Source: Dimorphilus gyrociliatus
Taxonomy: Eukaryota; Animalia; Annelida
Length of the DNA: 64,000 nt
Assembly: GCA_904063045.1 (NCBI GenBank)
Contig: CAJFCJ010000009.1
Location: 2,622,631 to 2,686,630 of the forward strand
Reading direction: 5' to 3'
The translations under genes were made by a program, and so were the position numbers. Below the pieces are notes generated by a model that was not told where the DNA came from, searched no databases, and saw nothing but the letters and a program-made list of their open reading frames with translations. How positions within the stretch are numbered: position 1 is the first letter of the stretch; every line of letters starts with the position of its first letter. This document shows, in pieces, positions 37,303 through 48,121 of the stretch.

Positions 37303-38096
37303 ATCGTTTCACTCTTCTGCAGCCCCCGCTCACAAAAAGACTACAGCAAATCAACAATTTAAACCCTCTTCCTGCTCCTATAAGACCATTTACTTAAACA
37401 AAGCAACGTAAGCACAGCAAAATATCGCTGCTGAGAAATAAATACAAAAAAAAGGACAAAGTATTTGCGTAGCCAATCGGATCAATAGTTTTATTGAACA
37501 GTTGCTACAACTTGCAAAATAAATCAACTTTAATACGGTAGAGGGCATTGTATACAGAAACTTAACGTTTAAGATCTAATATCCACAATCTCTTAAAAAA
37601 GACAATATGCAAATTAAATATACTTTTAATAATCTCGAAAACAAAATAGACAATATTTTCTCTAAGCTAATCAAACTCTGATAAAAGAAGAATAAAGCAT
37701 TGTAATTTAGGCCTAGTATTAGTTGTATTCATGAATATAATATATATATATATAGTATATATATTAGTATATATTAATCTATATTTAATGAGAGTATTTA
37801 TAACCCACCCCTCTGCCATCACCAACCTCCCACCTAATAAAAATAGTAGATACTGTTCAAACTTTCCATTCTATTGAGTAACGTTCATAAGCCTTCTTTT
37901 TTGAACTTTTCATTTTTTACCAAGAAATTATAAGAGACTGATTAAAAAGTTTTTAACAAATAAATATTTCACATTTTTGTGTCTTATTTATGGAAATTTC
38001 GTATTTTTTCTCCTTCTATTCGCAAAAAGACGACAAAGTTCGAAGATAGGAAGGGAAGAGGAAGGGTAAAGGAACCAAAAATTAAGGAATAATGTC

Positions 38097-38526
38097 ATGG
38101 CTCTAACATACGAGAATGATGCGATAACGGATATTAATTTAACGGATAATTTTGAGCAAGGTCCTGAACCTATTACTAAAGAATCAACAGAAGTTATTCA
38201 AGGGGAAGTTGTTAAGTGTTACGCTGATAAAATATCCTTCCAACCGGTTTGTAAAAATAACCTTCTTATTTTCTCTAATTACAAGACATGTCCTAGTTCA
38301 AGATTTTCACACTGTAATACTTAGTACAAAAGTAGGTTAAGTTTTTAATTTTTTAAAGCTGTCTACTTATTTTTTTAACCTTTAAAAATAACTTTTTCTT
38401 ATTTCCGTTTCTCTGCTTTTTTTTCTTTTACAGTCAAACGTTCATAAGAGAGAAATGGAGAAACAAGTTGAAATTAGAAGAAATTCGAATTCTAGAAGAG
38501 ATCTGTCTTGTTGTATTATTCTTTAA
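38097..38526 (+). CDS. Novel 80-aa two-exon microprotein ending in a CaaX box (CCIIL*)
   Basis: Exon 1 is 38097-38246 (50 codons, GTTTGT donor, phase 0). The acceptor has a strong polypyrimidine tract, TTTTTTTCTTTTACAG. Exon 2 (38434-38526) reads SNVHKREMEKQVEIRRNSNSRRDLSCCIIL*. Confidence 0.62.
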
Positions 38527-38829
38527 CAAGAAAATTGTTTTTAAAACATTTTTTGTTTAGTTACTATGGAGATAGATATAGATAAAGTTTTTTTAATACA
38601 TAAGAGATTTTATGAAATATATGCTATAGAAACTCTATCCTAAACTTGATTAAGCAGTAATAGGTGGATATTTAAGTTAATTAGGTCCGAGTTTTGTGTT
38701 TTTACTTGACGTATATAGTTTGATTTTTTTTTTAATATAAAAGAATACATTTAAACTTCTGCATAAATGGAAAAAATAAAACCGGTAAATTATTCGAGTT
38801 TGTTTTAATGACCCAAATTAACCGGTTAC

Positions 38830-38843
38830 CTTGCTATGACAAC
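38830..38843 (+). promoter_or_regulatory. RFX X-box-like element upstream of tektin
   Basis: CTTGCTATGACAAC is a 13/14 match to GTHNYYATRRNAAC and is flanked by GTTACC and GGTAAC half-sites. Confidence 0.55.
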
Positions 38844-38957
38844 AATCATATCCTGGTAACGAGCGCCTTAGCGACAAGCGTCGGCGATAGTGTTTCTCGT
38901 TCTTAAGCGATTGAAAGTGTGTCTAATTTTTTATTTAGAAGAAAACCAGTGCTAGAT

Positions 38958-40307
38958 ATGGCAACTGCATCAATAAATCCGGCTCTGGCTGCTTCTGAAG
39001 CCTTACCTAACAAACCAAATGGTGTTAGAGATTTCGACGTTTGCTATTCTGGAAACGTCGGTAACGACATGGGTATTTCTACTATGGGCTACCGATCCCA
39101 AAAGTACAATCCACCAGAGTGGCATGAGCACAACTATTCAAAATATTACCAATCTTTTGCTAATCTACATAATGCTGAGAATACCAGACACGAAGGTAAT
39201 AGGACAATTAAGGAAACTGATGCCCAAACAGTAAATACCCAAAATGACGTTACCAAGAAGTTAGCGGAACGTAGTAAGGATATAAACTTTTGGAAAACTG
39301 AGCTGGAGAGGGAAATATCCGACTTGATCTCCGAAACCGACATGTTGGTCGACCAGAGGAAAAGATTGGAACTTGCTTTAAGATCGACTGAAATCCCTCT
39401 ACACATTTCAACGGATAATTTAAATTGCCGAGCTCGTAGACAAGGTATCGACCTTGTTCAAGATCCAGTTGAGTTAAACTTATTGAAGGAAGTGGAGGTT
39501 ATCAATAACGTACAAGATTTATTGAAAAGGACCATAAAGGAAACTGACGAGCAGATAAAGCGTAATCGAGACCGTAAAAGAGAGTTAGAAATGGATTGGA
39601 GCGATAAGAAAGAAGCTTTCGAAATTGATACAGCAATGGCTTGCTTGAGAAATGAACATACAAATAAGCAATTTTACGCTGGTTCCGCCCAATTCCAAGC
39701 GGTTCAGTCGACACCCGAAAGCTGGGCTCAGTTCACACACGACAATATAACTAGGGCAGAGCACGAAAGAATGGCTTCAATCCAGCTGAGATCACTTGTC
39801 GACAATGTCTTACAAGATACGTCTCGCGATATGCGTGAACAAGCCGACGCAGTAGATGTCTCATTCAAGAGAAGAACGGATGAGGTTCACGATGCCCTGC
39901 ATAAACTACAAGATAACCTTAAAAAAGTATCTGACGATATTGTAAGACAACAAAACAAGATAGCCGATCTTAAAAAGAAGATTAAAGAGAAGGAAGATCC
40001 TATGAAGGTTGCCCAAACCAGACTTCATAGTAGGGAATATAGGCCTGGAGTTGAATTGTGTAGAGATCCCGTTCAGTACGCTCTCGTAAACGAAGTTCAC
40101 GAGATCGCTGGCTCTGTTGATGCTCTAATGCAACGCTTAAACGATGCCGAAAATGGTCTAAAAGATCTTCAAGATAACAGGATGCTTCTAGAGAAGGAAA
40201 TTTCTATCAAGAAAAACACTCTCTTTATCGATAGAGAGAAATGTATGACCACCCGTACAAGATATCCATCTACATTGCAGCTCCAAGGATACCAAGGACC
40301 TCGTTAA
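38958..40307 (+). CDS. TEKT4: Tektin-4-like axonemal filament protein, intronless
   Basis: The likely start is MATASINP at 38958. It has the tektin nonapeptide variant RPGVELCRD and the C-terminus RTRYPSTLQLQGYQ, typical of the TEKT4 class. Confidence 0.9.
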   Translation: MATASINPALAASEALPNKPNGVRDFDVCYSGNVGNDMGISTMGYRSQKYNPPEWHEHNYSKYYQSFANLHNAENTRHEGNRTIKETDAQTVNTQNDVTKKLAERSKDINFWKTELEREISDLISETDMLVDQRKRLELALRSTEIPLHISTDNLNCRARRQGIDLVQDPVELNLLKEVEVINNVQDLLKRTIKETDEQIKRNRDRKRELEMDWSDKKEAFEIDTAMACLRNEHTNKQFYAGSAQFQAVQSTPESWAQFTHDNITRAEHERMASIQLRSLVDNVLQDTSRDMREQADAVDVSFKRRTDEVHDALHKLQDNLKKVSDDIVRQQNKIADLKKKIKEKEDPMKVAQTRLHSREYRPGVELCRDPVQYALVNEVHEIAGSVDALMQRLNDAENGLKDLQDNRMLLEKEISIKKNTLFIDREKCMTTRTRYPSTLQLQGYQGPR

Positions 40308-40505
40308 GAACATCAATTTTAATCACATTGCTGCACCGGTTTTATTTTTATTCCGTTATAACGTGATCCTTTGAAAAAGAAAACGAACTAAATTTCCAAT
40401 ACAGTATTTTCAACAATCTTGGAATGAAACTATATTTTTAATTATCCAAAGAATAAAATTTCATTTAAGAAAAAGAGAATTAGTCATTTTTTCTTCATTT
40501 ATTAT

Positions 40506-42617
40506 TTACATATAGGATTTAGACGCTCTTATAAGCCTATTTAAACTTTTACTTTGCCTTCTTCTCATTGAACTTTTAATGTTATTGACATGATCATTCA
40601 AATTGGATTTAACAACAAAATAGAAGCAAGAAATAAGAGTTATATAACAAAAAGAAATTAACAATGTAACTGTTAATACAATAATACATTGAGGGCTTAA
40701 ACGACTACCAAAGAAATCCAAGTCTTTGACCTCTATACTTTCCTGAAGGCTTTCATACTGTACTTTCTCTTGAGTTTTTGGTGGTAAAATCCTCCAAACA
40801 GCAGTTTTTTCCCTTAGTATCTCTTCACAAGATTTCTTTCCTGGTATAAAATTACAAGGGCAACGATTACAGTAGGCAATTTCTTTTGTACTCTTTAAGC
40901 ATTTTGTTTTAAAATAGGATTTAGTCATTCTTTTAATATCTTCCGAAATAATATTAGTATCCATTATTTTTTCTGTACAATTACCCAACTGACCGTCGTT
41001 TGGCAGTGAAGAAAGATATCCTCCACTACATATACCTGAAGAGTATCGAAGTCTTGGAGTAAACTTGTGAAAGTGATTTTTATAGAAATCTCTCAGGAGC
41101 CGACTCATATGATTCCTAATATGATCTTGTTTAAAAATGTTATAATCCATAAAGCAAGAACGATATCGATACTTAAATCCTGTGTCGCATGTCTGATTGC
41201 ATTTGGACCATTCACCCCATTCCCCAACTGTACCGTCTAAGAAACAAGCGCTTGCTTCGCAAGGATCTTCCTCCATTCTAGCCGCTTCGAGTTCAAAATT
41301 CTTTAAAGAATCCACTTGAGACATACACCTTCTAGAGTCTAGACCTTCTTCTTTAGTTCTATTTAATCCGCAGAAACGAGTTCGTATTTTTCTTCTAACA
41401 GGACCACACTGTGGTCTACAAGGAGACCAAGGAGACCAACTGCTCCAAATTGGTCTTCTCTTTTCGCAAAATTCACCGGTATAGCCTTCGTCGCAAATAC
41501 AAAAACCCACTGAATCTTCTCCTTCAACACAACTTCCATGAATGCACATCTTAAATATACAAGAAACCTTTTTCATACGACAGTTATCCTGGGAATCCTT
41601 GTATAGTGGATCTTGAACGTGATTGCTATCGCACTCGCATACGTATTTGTTTGTAAATGGATATTGTATACATTTTCCATAGGGTCCGCAAGCTTTGAAT
41701 CCTTCACCGTCTGCGTGACTACAAACATCATTTGGGTAGGTACACGTCTGTCCACCGTTAGAATCCATAGGATCAGCTTTCAGGCCAGAAATACATTCAC
41801 AATCAAAATTATCTGAAGTCGCTCTTCGTCGAAATCCTTTGATAAATGGAAGAAAGCAACGAACATTTACTTTGTTGTAATAAGGTTCTATTATTCTACT
41901 AGTAATTCTCTTCGAAGTGCATACCCCTAAATCTTTCTTCCAGACTGACCTTTAAAAGAGAAATATTAACTATAAATAGAGTAGATTGACTTTATGTGTC
42001 AATTTTTGTAATTACTTGTCGTCGCATGGACACTCGTACTCATATTTATATAGACTAGACATATTTGATTGGCATTTACCAGTTTCTTTAATGTTATGAA
42101 GATTGATACAAGGTTGATTCTCGGAGCATATATTCATTTGACAATTTGATGAGATACTATTGGTACTACACATTAGCATATAAATCATAAGATCAACGTC
42201 TAAGCTAGAAAATCCAAATGATATTGTTTTTAACATAATAGACTTTCTATGCCTTTGCAACCATCGTTTTTTAATATTTTCAACAAATTCAACTGTACAT
42301 TTCGTAGTCGCTTTATCCTTTTGACAAGTTTTATAATAATTTGAATGAGTTAAGCCTAAGCCTTTCCAATTTCCGGTATAATTACAACAAAATATTGCAT
42401 GTGGTTCTGCAAGCTAAACAAATAGAATTAAAATAATATATACATATATACTATATCCGCTTATTTTGAATACCTTAAATCTATTTGGAAGTCCTTTTCT
42501 TTTATATTCGTAATATAGGTTATTTTTATAAAGTTCTAAATTCTTTATTTGATTCTCTGTAAAAATTCCACTGTTTTCCTTTATTTTAAAGAATACTATT
42601 AAGAAAATATGCAACAT
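40506..42617 (-). CDS. Uncharacterised single-pass membrane protein with EGF-like and TSP1 domains, about 3 exons
   Basis: Exons: 42617-~42453, ~42407-42016, 41949-40506. It has EGF modules (CGPYGKC..YVCEC; CIHGSC..CICDEGYTGEFC), TSP1 motifs (WSSWSPWSPC, WGEWSKCNQTC), a TM segment (IIVLTVTLLISFCYITLISCFYFVV) and a basic tail. The first exon boundary is uncertain. Confidence 0.75.
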
Positions 42618-42927
42618 GGTTCTTTTTTCTCTTAAATTCTTCAGAATGATTTAAGATTTATTCTTGATACAAATGACAAAAGTATTTATTTTATAATATG
42701 CATTTAGAACTTTTGCAAAACTGCTGAATTAGATTATTAATAGCAAAAATGCTAAATTTACCGTTTAAATATTTAATTATTAAATTATTATTTCGACGAG
42801 ATTAAGCAAAATAAACAAAGATTATCATGATTATTATATTTGAAATGTTTAAACTTACATTTTAAAAGCGCCAAGTTTAAATGGATAAGAACCATGTTTC
42901 GGTCAGCGCCGCCTAGCGTTTGACGCA

Positions 42928-42947
42928 CCGGATATCCGGTCTTTTCC
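42928..42947 (+). promoter_or_regulatory. TCT/5'TOP ribosomal-protein initiator preceded by a 12-bp palindrome
   Basis: CCGGATATCCGG at 42928-42939 is immediately followed by TCTTTTCC, about 55 nt upstream of the RPL27A ATG. Confidence 0.6.
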
Positions 42948-42997
42948 ATTTTCGACTTGATCTGTAGAAAAACGTGTGCGCATAAAATCGTAAAAAT

Positions 42998-43456
42998 ATG
43001 CCGACCAAGACCAAGAAGACCCGTAAATTGAGGGGCCACGTCAGCCATGGACACGGAAGAGTTGGTAAACACCGTAAGCACCCGGGTGGACGCGGTAATG
43101 CCGGCGGTCAACACCACCATAGAATCAACTATGACAAGTACCATCCTGGTTACTTCGGAAAAGTTGGTATGCGTTACTTTCACAAGACGAATAACAAGTT
43201 CTTCTGCCCTACTGTCAACGTCGATAAATTATGGTCCCTATTGAGCGAACAACACCGCGAAAAATACTTTGGGGAAAAACCCGACAAGGAGACCGCCCCG
43301 GTTATCAACGTAGTTAAATCTGGTTTCTTCAAGGTACTCGGCAAGGGAAAACTCCCAAGCAAGCCAGTCGTTGTTAAGGCTAGATTCTTCAGCCGAAAAG
43401 CCGAAGAAAAAATTAAGAAGGCCGGCGGCATATGTGTGCTCACTCCATCTAACTAA
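42998..43456 (+). CDS. RPL27A: 60S ribosomal protein L27a (uL15), intronless
   Basis: [31 protein letters not shown]...[12 protein letters not shown]...KVLGKGKLP...[14 protein letters not shown]. Confidence 0.98.
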   Translation: MPTKTKKTRKLRGHVSHGHGRVGKHRKHPGGRGNAGGQHHHRINYDKYHPGYFGKVGMRYFHKTNNKFFCPTVNVDKLWSLLSEQHREKYFGEKPDKETAPVINVVKSGFFKVLGKGKLPSKPVVVKARFFSRKAEEKIKKAGGICVLTPSN

Positions 43457-43515
43457 AAGTTGTATTGTTTTAAGAAATACAGTTAAAGAGTGACGGAATT
43501 TGTGCATATATATTA

Positions 43516-44218
43516 TTATGAAAGCGGACATATAGATACTGGAACAGTAGAATGGTGAAGAACGTAGTCGCTCACGCTTCCCAAAACTGTTCTTCGTACG
43601 GTTCCGAGACCACGCGTCCCCATAACTATCATGTCGGCTTTTTCTTTCTTAGCCATATGACATAAATGCTGTCCAGCATTACTCCCAACTTCTGCTCTAG
43701 TCTTGTACGGAATCTAAAAATTAATGACATTTAAAAAATTGTTTTTTTTTATTCCATCGATTACAAGTGATAGAAGCTCACCCCATTTGCTTTCAATGAT
43801 GTTCCATAGGTGGAAAGTAGGTCTTTAACCCTCTTCTCATCCTCAGCTACCATAGCTTTCCACTGCTCTTGAGGTAATGCTAATCCGGCTGAATATTTAT
43901 ATAGGATTTTTTTTGGAATATTAAATAGATTGACAGAACGTTATATTGTCGTCATAAAACGCTACAAATTCGGCGTCTCGAAATTTTTAATACCTCTAAA
44001 TGCGTAAGCAGGTTGAACTTGAGTGTCTGAAACAGTTGCCAAGACGACAGAATTATTGCTGCTGTGTAACATCTTCAAATACCCTAATGAAATATAATTG
44101 AAACCTTACACCTCTGATAATTTACACACAATTTAATATCGAGCAACTTTCACATACAATCAAAAGCGTTACGGCATTGTTCGCTACCGTCTATTGCGAT
44201 TAAAACTTTGAAGGTCAT
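43516..44218 (-). CDS. Universal stress protein A-like (USP domain), 4 exons, 151 aa; absent from the ORF track
   Basis: Exons: 44218-44158 ([20 protein letters not shown]), 44083-43994, 43888-43782, 43713-43516 ([38 protein letters not shown]), which includes the G-x2-G-x9-GS motif. The lengths sum to 456 nt in frame. Confidence 0.93.
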
Positions 44219-45765
44219 ATCTGGCTCAGCACGTTGACTAAATAAACGAATATTTCTGTTATTTTTTATAATATATCTTGTAATCGTACAAATCATAGAT
44301 AAAAACTTTAGAATTTCTTTACGGTAAATAAGGCCAATGTTGTTATCTTAACGATATGAAAAGTCTATATGGTCTACAGACAATTATGTATATTTTCTTT
44401 TGAATGCTTGTTGACTAGTTTTTGAATTTTTTTACTTTCTCAAAGAGACATAAACAAAACAGATAAAATTTGGATAAACTAATACATATAAATTTATATA
44501 AATATATATATATACTGTATAATTTATATATATATATATATATATGAACTATATAAACGCCAAGTTGGAACTGAGTTTTAATCGCTTGTATATATTTCCT
44601 TAAGAACTTTGATAGAAATTTCTATTTTTTGCAACTAAGATCTATTAATCAATCACAAAATTATTACCTATTTTTTAATTGCTTTCTTCATATGCATATG
44701 TTTAAAAATTGTTGATGATGCTTTTAAGTTAATCTTCCGTGAGTTCTAAATCACATATCAGAAGAAGAAGGAAAATATGGGAAGATTTTAGGCAGGGATA
44801 GTTTCATCTCTATGAGTTTATGGAATATAAGGAAGTTCTTAGCACAAATTTATATATATATAAAGTTATAGAAACTCTAGGGAAGCCAAGAAAATATTAA
44901 AATAACTTCATCTATAAAGATAGACTTATGCAGTATGATAATAGACACACCAGCATGCAACTCATTTTTATCACAAAACAATGTCAGTATTTATGTCCTC
45001 ACCCTCGCTACAGCTCTGAATGGCACATTTTATTTTCATATACTTGACAGGCTAAGGACTATGTCAGAGGAGTAGATGGTGAAGACTTAAGATAAATTGA
45101 AGAAAGGTATCGCAAGCTTCTTGATAAAAAGAAACTCATGGCTTAGAGTATAGACTTTACTGATTACCAAACAATGATTTGTATACAGCCTAGGAAGAGA
45201 CACCAGAGAAAGTTTTCTGTTCGGATTAGGAAAGTACAAGCAATTAAAATTGTCCAAGCTCACCTAAATATATATATATATGTAATGTCGATAACAAAAA
45301 AAATAAAGTCCTTTGTTGAAAAAGCCACTCAATGGTTCAATTTTCCAAAAATTTTTGTCTCTTTTTTCTTTAGTCTTTGCTCTCCAATAAAAACCATATA
45401 TAAATAAATATATATATATATATGATATAAACATAAATTTAAATGCTTGTAAATGTACAAAGCAGTAATAGAATGAATATTGAGGCATTTAAAAATATGA
45501 ATGAATGATTAGAATCCTCTAATTATCTTCCAATGAAAGAAATTTTTATATTAACATTCTAGATAATTTGCTATATAGTAATTAATTTTATAAAATAGCT
45601 ACTCTAATATTTTCCATATTTGGAGCATTTACCTCAATCAGAGATTTCTTACTATAGGCAAAATTTTTTTTGATAAATTGCCTCGATTTCATTCAATTTA
45701 CCTCTTGTACTTCGAATTTGATATATATATATATATATAGAAATTATATAAGATCAGCGAATTTA

Positions 45766-47828
45766 CTAAGGCTGACTAAGATATTTTCGTTTTGGTAGAA
45801 CTTTTCGGCAGCATGCTCTCTTCCTCCAGAAATAAATGTAGACGCATACAATTAAGAAGACGCTTGCTATGTAAAATACTATGCAAAAACCAACGTCAAA
45901 TTGCGATAAGAAAAGAACACTTTTGCTATTGTGAATAAATAATTTTCGCTTTGGATGATCCATAATTATATGTGCTTTAGCATATCTCTTTTTGAGATAT
46001 TCAACAACATTTGACACGCGAAACTGATTGCTTCTCTTTTGACAGCTCCAGCATAAAATACGAGATGGAAACTGCAGTTTAACATGTGTAGGATCTTCTG
46101 AGGGTGTACCCTTTAAGCGTTTGTTAACTCTATTGTGAGATCTCCAAAGCCATAAAGCTTCCTGATCTCCTCTAACATCATCTTCAACGTTCTTGGCCAT
46201 TTTTAAAAAATTCTTACAGCATTCTGTGCAACCAAAGAAATATTTCACATAGCCTTTCATAGCCATTAAAACTTTTGGAGGATCATTTTTAGCTAGCTTC
46301 GACATATATGACGAATGAACAGTCATTACGTGAAATAATGTCCACAAGGAACATGGATAGCCTCTTAAGTGAGACTTGCTACCTGCACAACCGACAAACT
46401 CGGTTGAAGTTGGTAAGATATTATAAAATATTATCTGAATTTTATCCCTCCACTCATTATGCGTAATTAAGTTCTCATCAAGCTTAGTTTCTATCCAATC
46501 ATCTAATTGACTAAGGGATGATGTTAGATCACTATCAATGTCTAAATGTAAGTATAATTGATGTATAAAGTTTTTCAGAGCAATTAAACTTTTGTCCTTG
46601 ATGAATTTTTTTAAACCTATTTCGTTGTAGAATGAATATCTTAATCCTTGTAATAAATCAGCTGCATGCACCGCTTCATCATTCACTTGATGTGAATTTA
46701 ACGGTTTTTCAGCCTCTTTAATCTCTTCTTCGCTAAGTTGTGACCTCTTTTCAGTTCCTGACATTTTCATCATAATTGAAGTTAAGGTGGAATGTGAATT
46801 GGATCTATAATAATAATGATATTATAATTTTAGTTTTCTAATACTTATAAAAGGTTATAGAAGTATTTTATTTCAACTTACTCTTTTAAAAAAATATCAG
46901 GTGCTCTTGAAGAGCTTAATAGATATAATCTAGGTTCGACAACTTTGTTATCTATCTTCCTACGTACATAATATGTTGACACAGAAACAGCATCCAGCTG
47001 TACCTCTCTTCCTGTTGTTGAGTTTTCATTCTCAATAACAAGAAAATATTTATTAATTGTCCTAGAATTCATCTTTATTTCTTCCTTAGCATCTCTAAAA
47101 ATTATAAAAACAATAACGAAAATCAATTTTGTGTACATAAACGTGGCTCTAAAGTTGGATTAACATACTTTATAGGACTAAAGTCTGGCCAATCAGCAGG
47201 TTTACCATTTTTGGAGATATAAGACTCTAATACTGGAATTACCGAACTACGTAAAGTATCAGTATCCCAACTAATCTCCTCTGAAGGCTTTTTTCCTAGG
47301 AATGATGCTGATGAATTTGGAGGGAAGAACTAAAAGAAAATTAAAAAAGAGAATTATAGAGAATGGATAGAGGACAAGTCTACACCCACTTTTAAGGTTG
47401 GGAAACGTGAAATATCATAGTACCGACAGATCTTTGTATTATATTCTTGTGCACAATCGATTCCTGCCACCTTGACAATTTTGTTCCATTCTAGTCAACA
47501 AGAGATAATAGGATAGACAGATCAGCCAAAAAATGATCACAAACAACAAGATTTTCAAAATTTATCGCTTACCTTTAATATCATTGGCAAATTTTTTCCA
47601 AGTTGGCGCAAATTGAATACAATGACCGCACCAACTGGAAAAGAACTCTACGAACCAAACATATTTCGAATTATGAATATTATTTATCAAAGTCGAATTA
47701 GTGAAAATTATAACTGAATCATTTCTTGAATACAATTCAGAAGGTCTCTCGCATTTAAAACATAATAAATTAATGAATAATAGTAAAAATGTGTTTCTTG
47801 TTAAAACTATATACGTAAACATTGCCAT
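45766..47828 (-). CDS. QSOX: Sulfhydryl oxidase QSOX (thioredoxin + Erv/ALR domains, C-terminal TM), 5 exons
   Basis: Motifs WFVEFFSSWCGHCIQFAP, GIDCA, FPTLK, RGYPCSLWTLFH, FFGCTECCKNF and LWRSHNRVN, followed by a C-terminal TM segment. The exons join in frame. Confidence 0.94.
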
Positions 47829-48121
47829 CTAATAGCAAGGTTTCTTGTCCCCATCGACATAGAAAGTGTGGTTCGTGTTCGATATTCATTATTGCGATAC
47901 AAACTTTTATTCTCAACAACTATAAAAACTATAGGTATTGTATTAAATTGTTTTGTATATACTTTAAAGTCCTCTCATTATTGTGTATTTATAGAAATCC
48001 TTTAATTTTTTATTCATATAAATCCTTTTTTTTCTATTTATATATAAATCCCTTAACTTAAATCAAAAATTGCAGTATAGCTAATACAGAATTAAAGAAA
48101 ACTGATCGTTTTAAACATATT

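Noticed and set aside
38097-38526. Identity of the CaaX microprotein as a G-protein gamma subunit
   Set aside because: Size and CaaX fit, but the GGL-domain hallmarks (N-terminal coiled helix, DPL, NPF) are absent.
43605-43625. Apparent frameshift in USP exon 4 at MG-TRG
   Set aside because: Recounting the C run gives ATG GGG ACG CGT, so the frame is intact.
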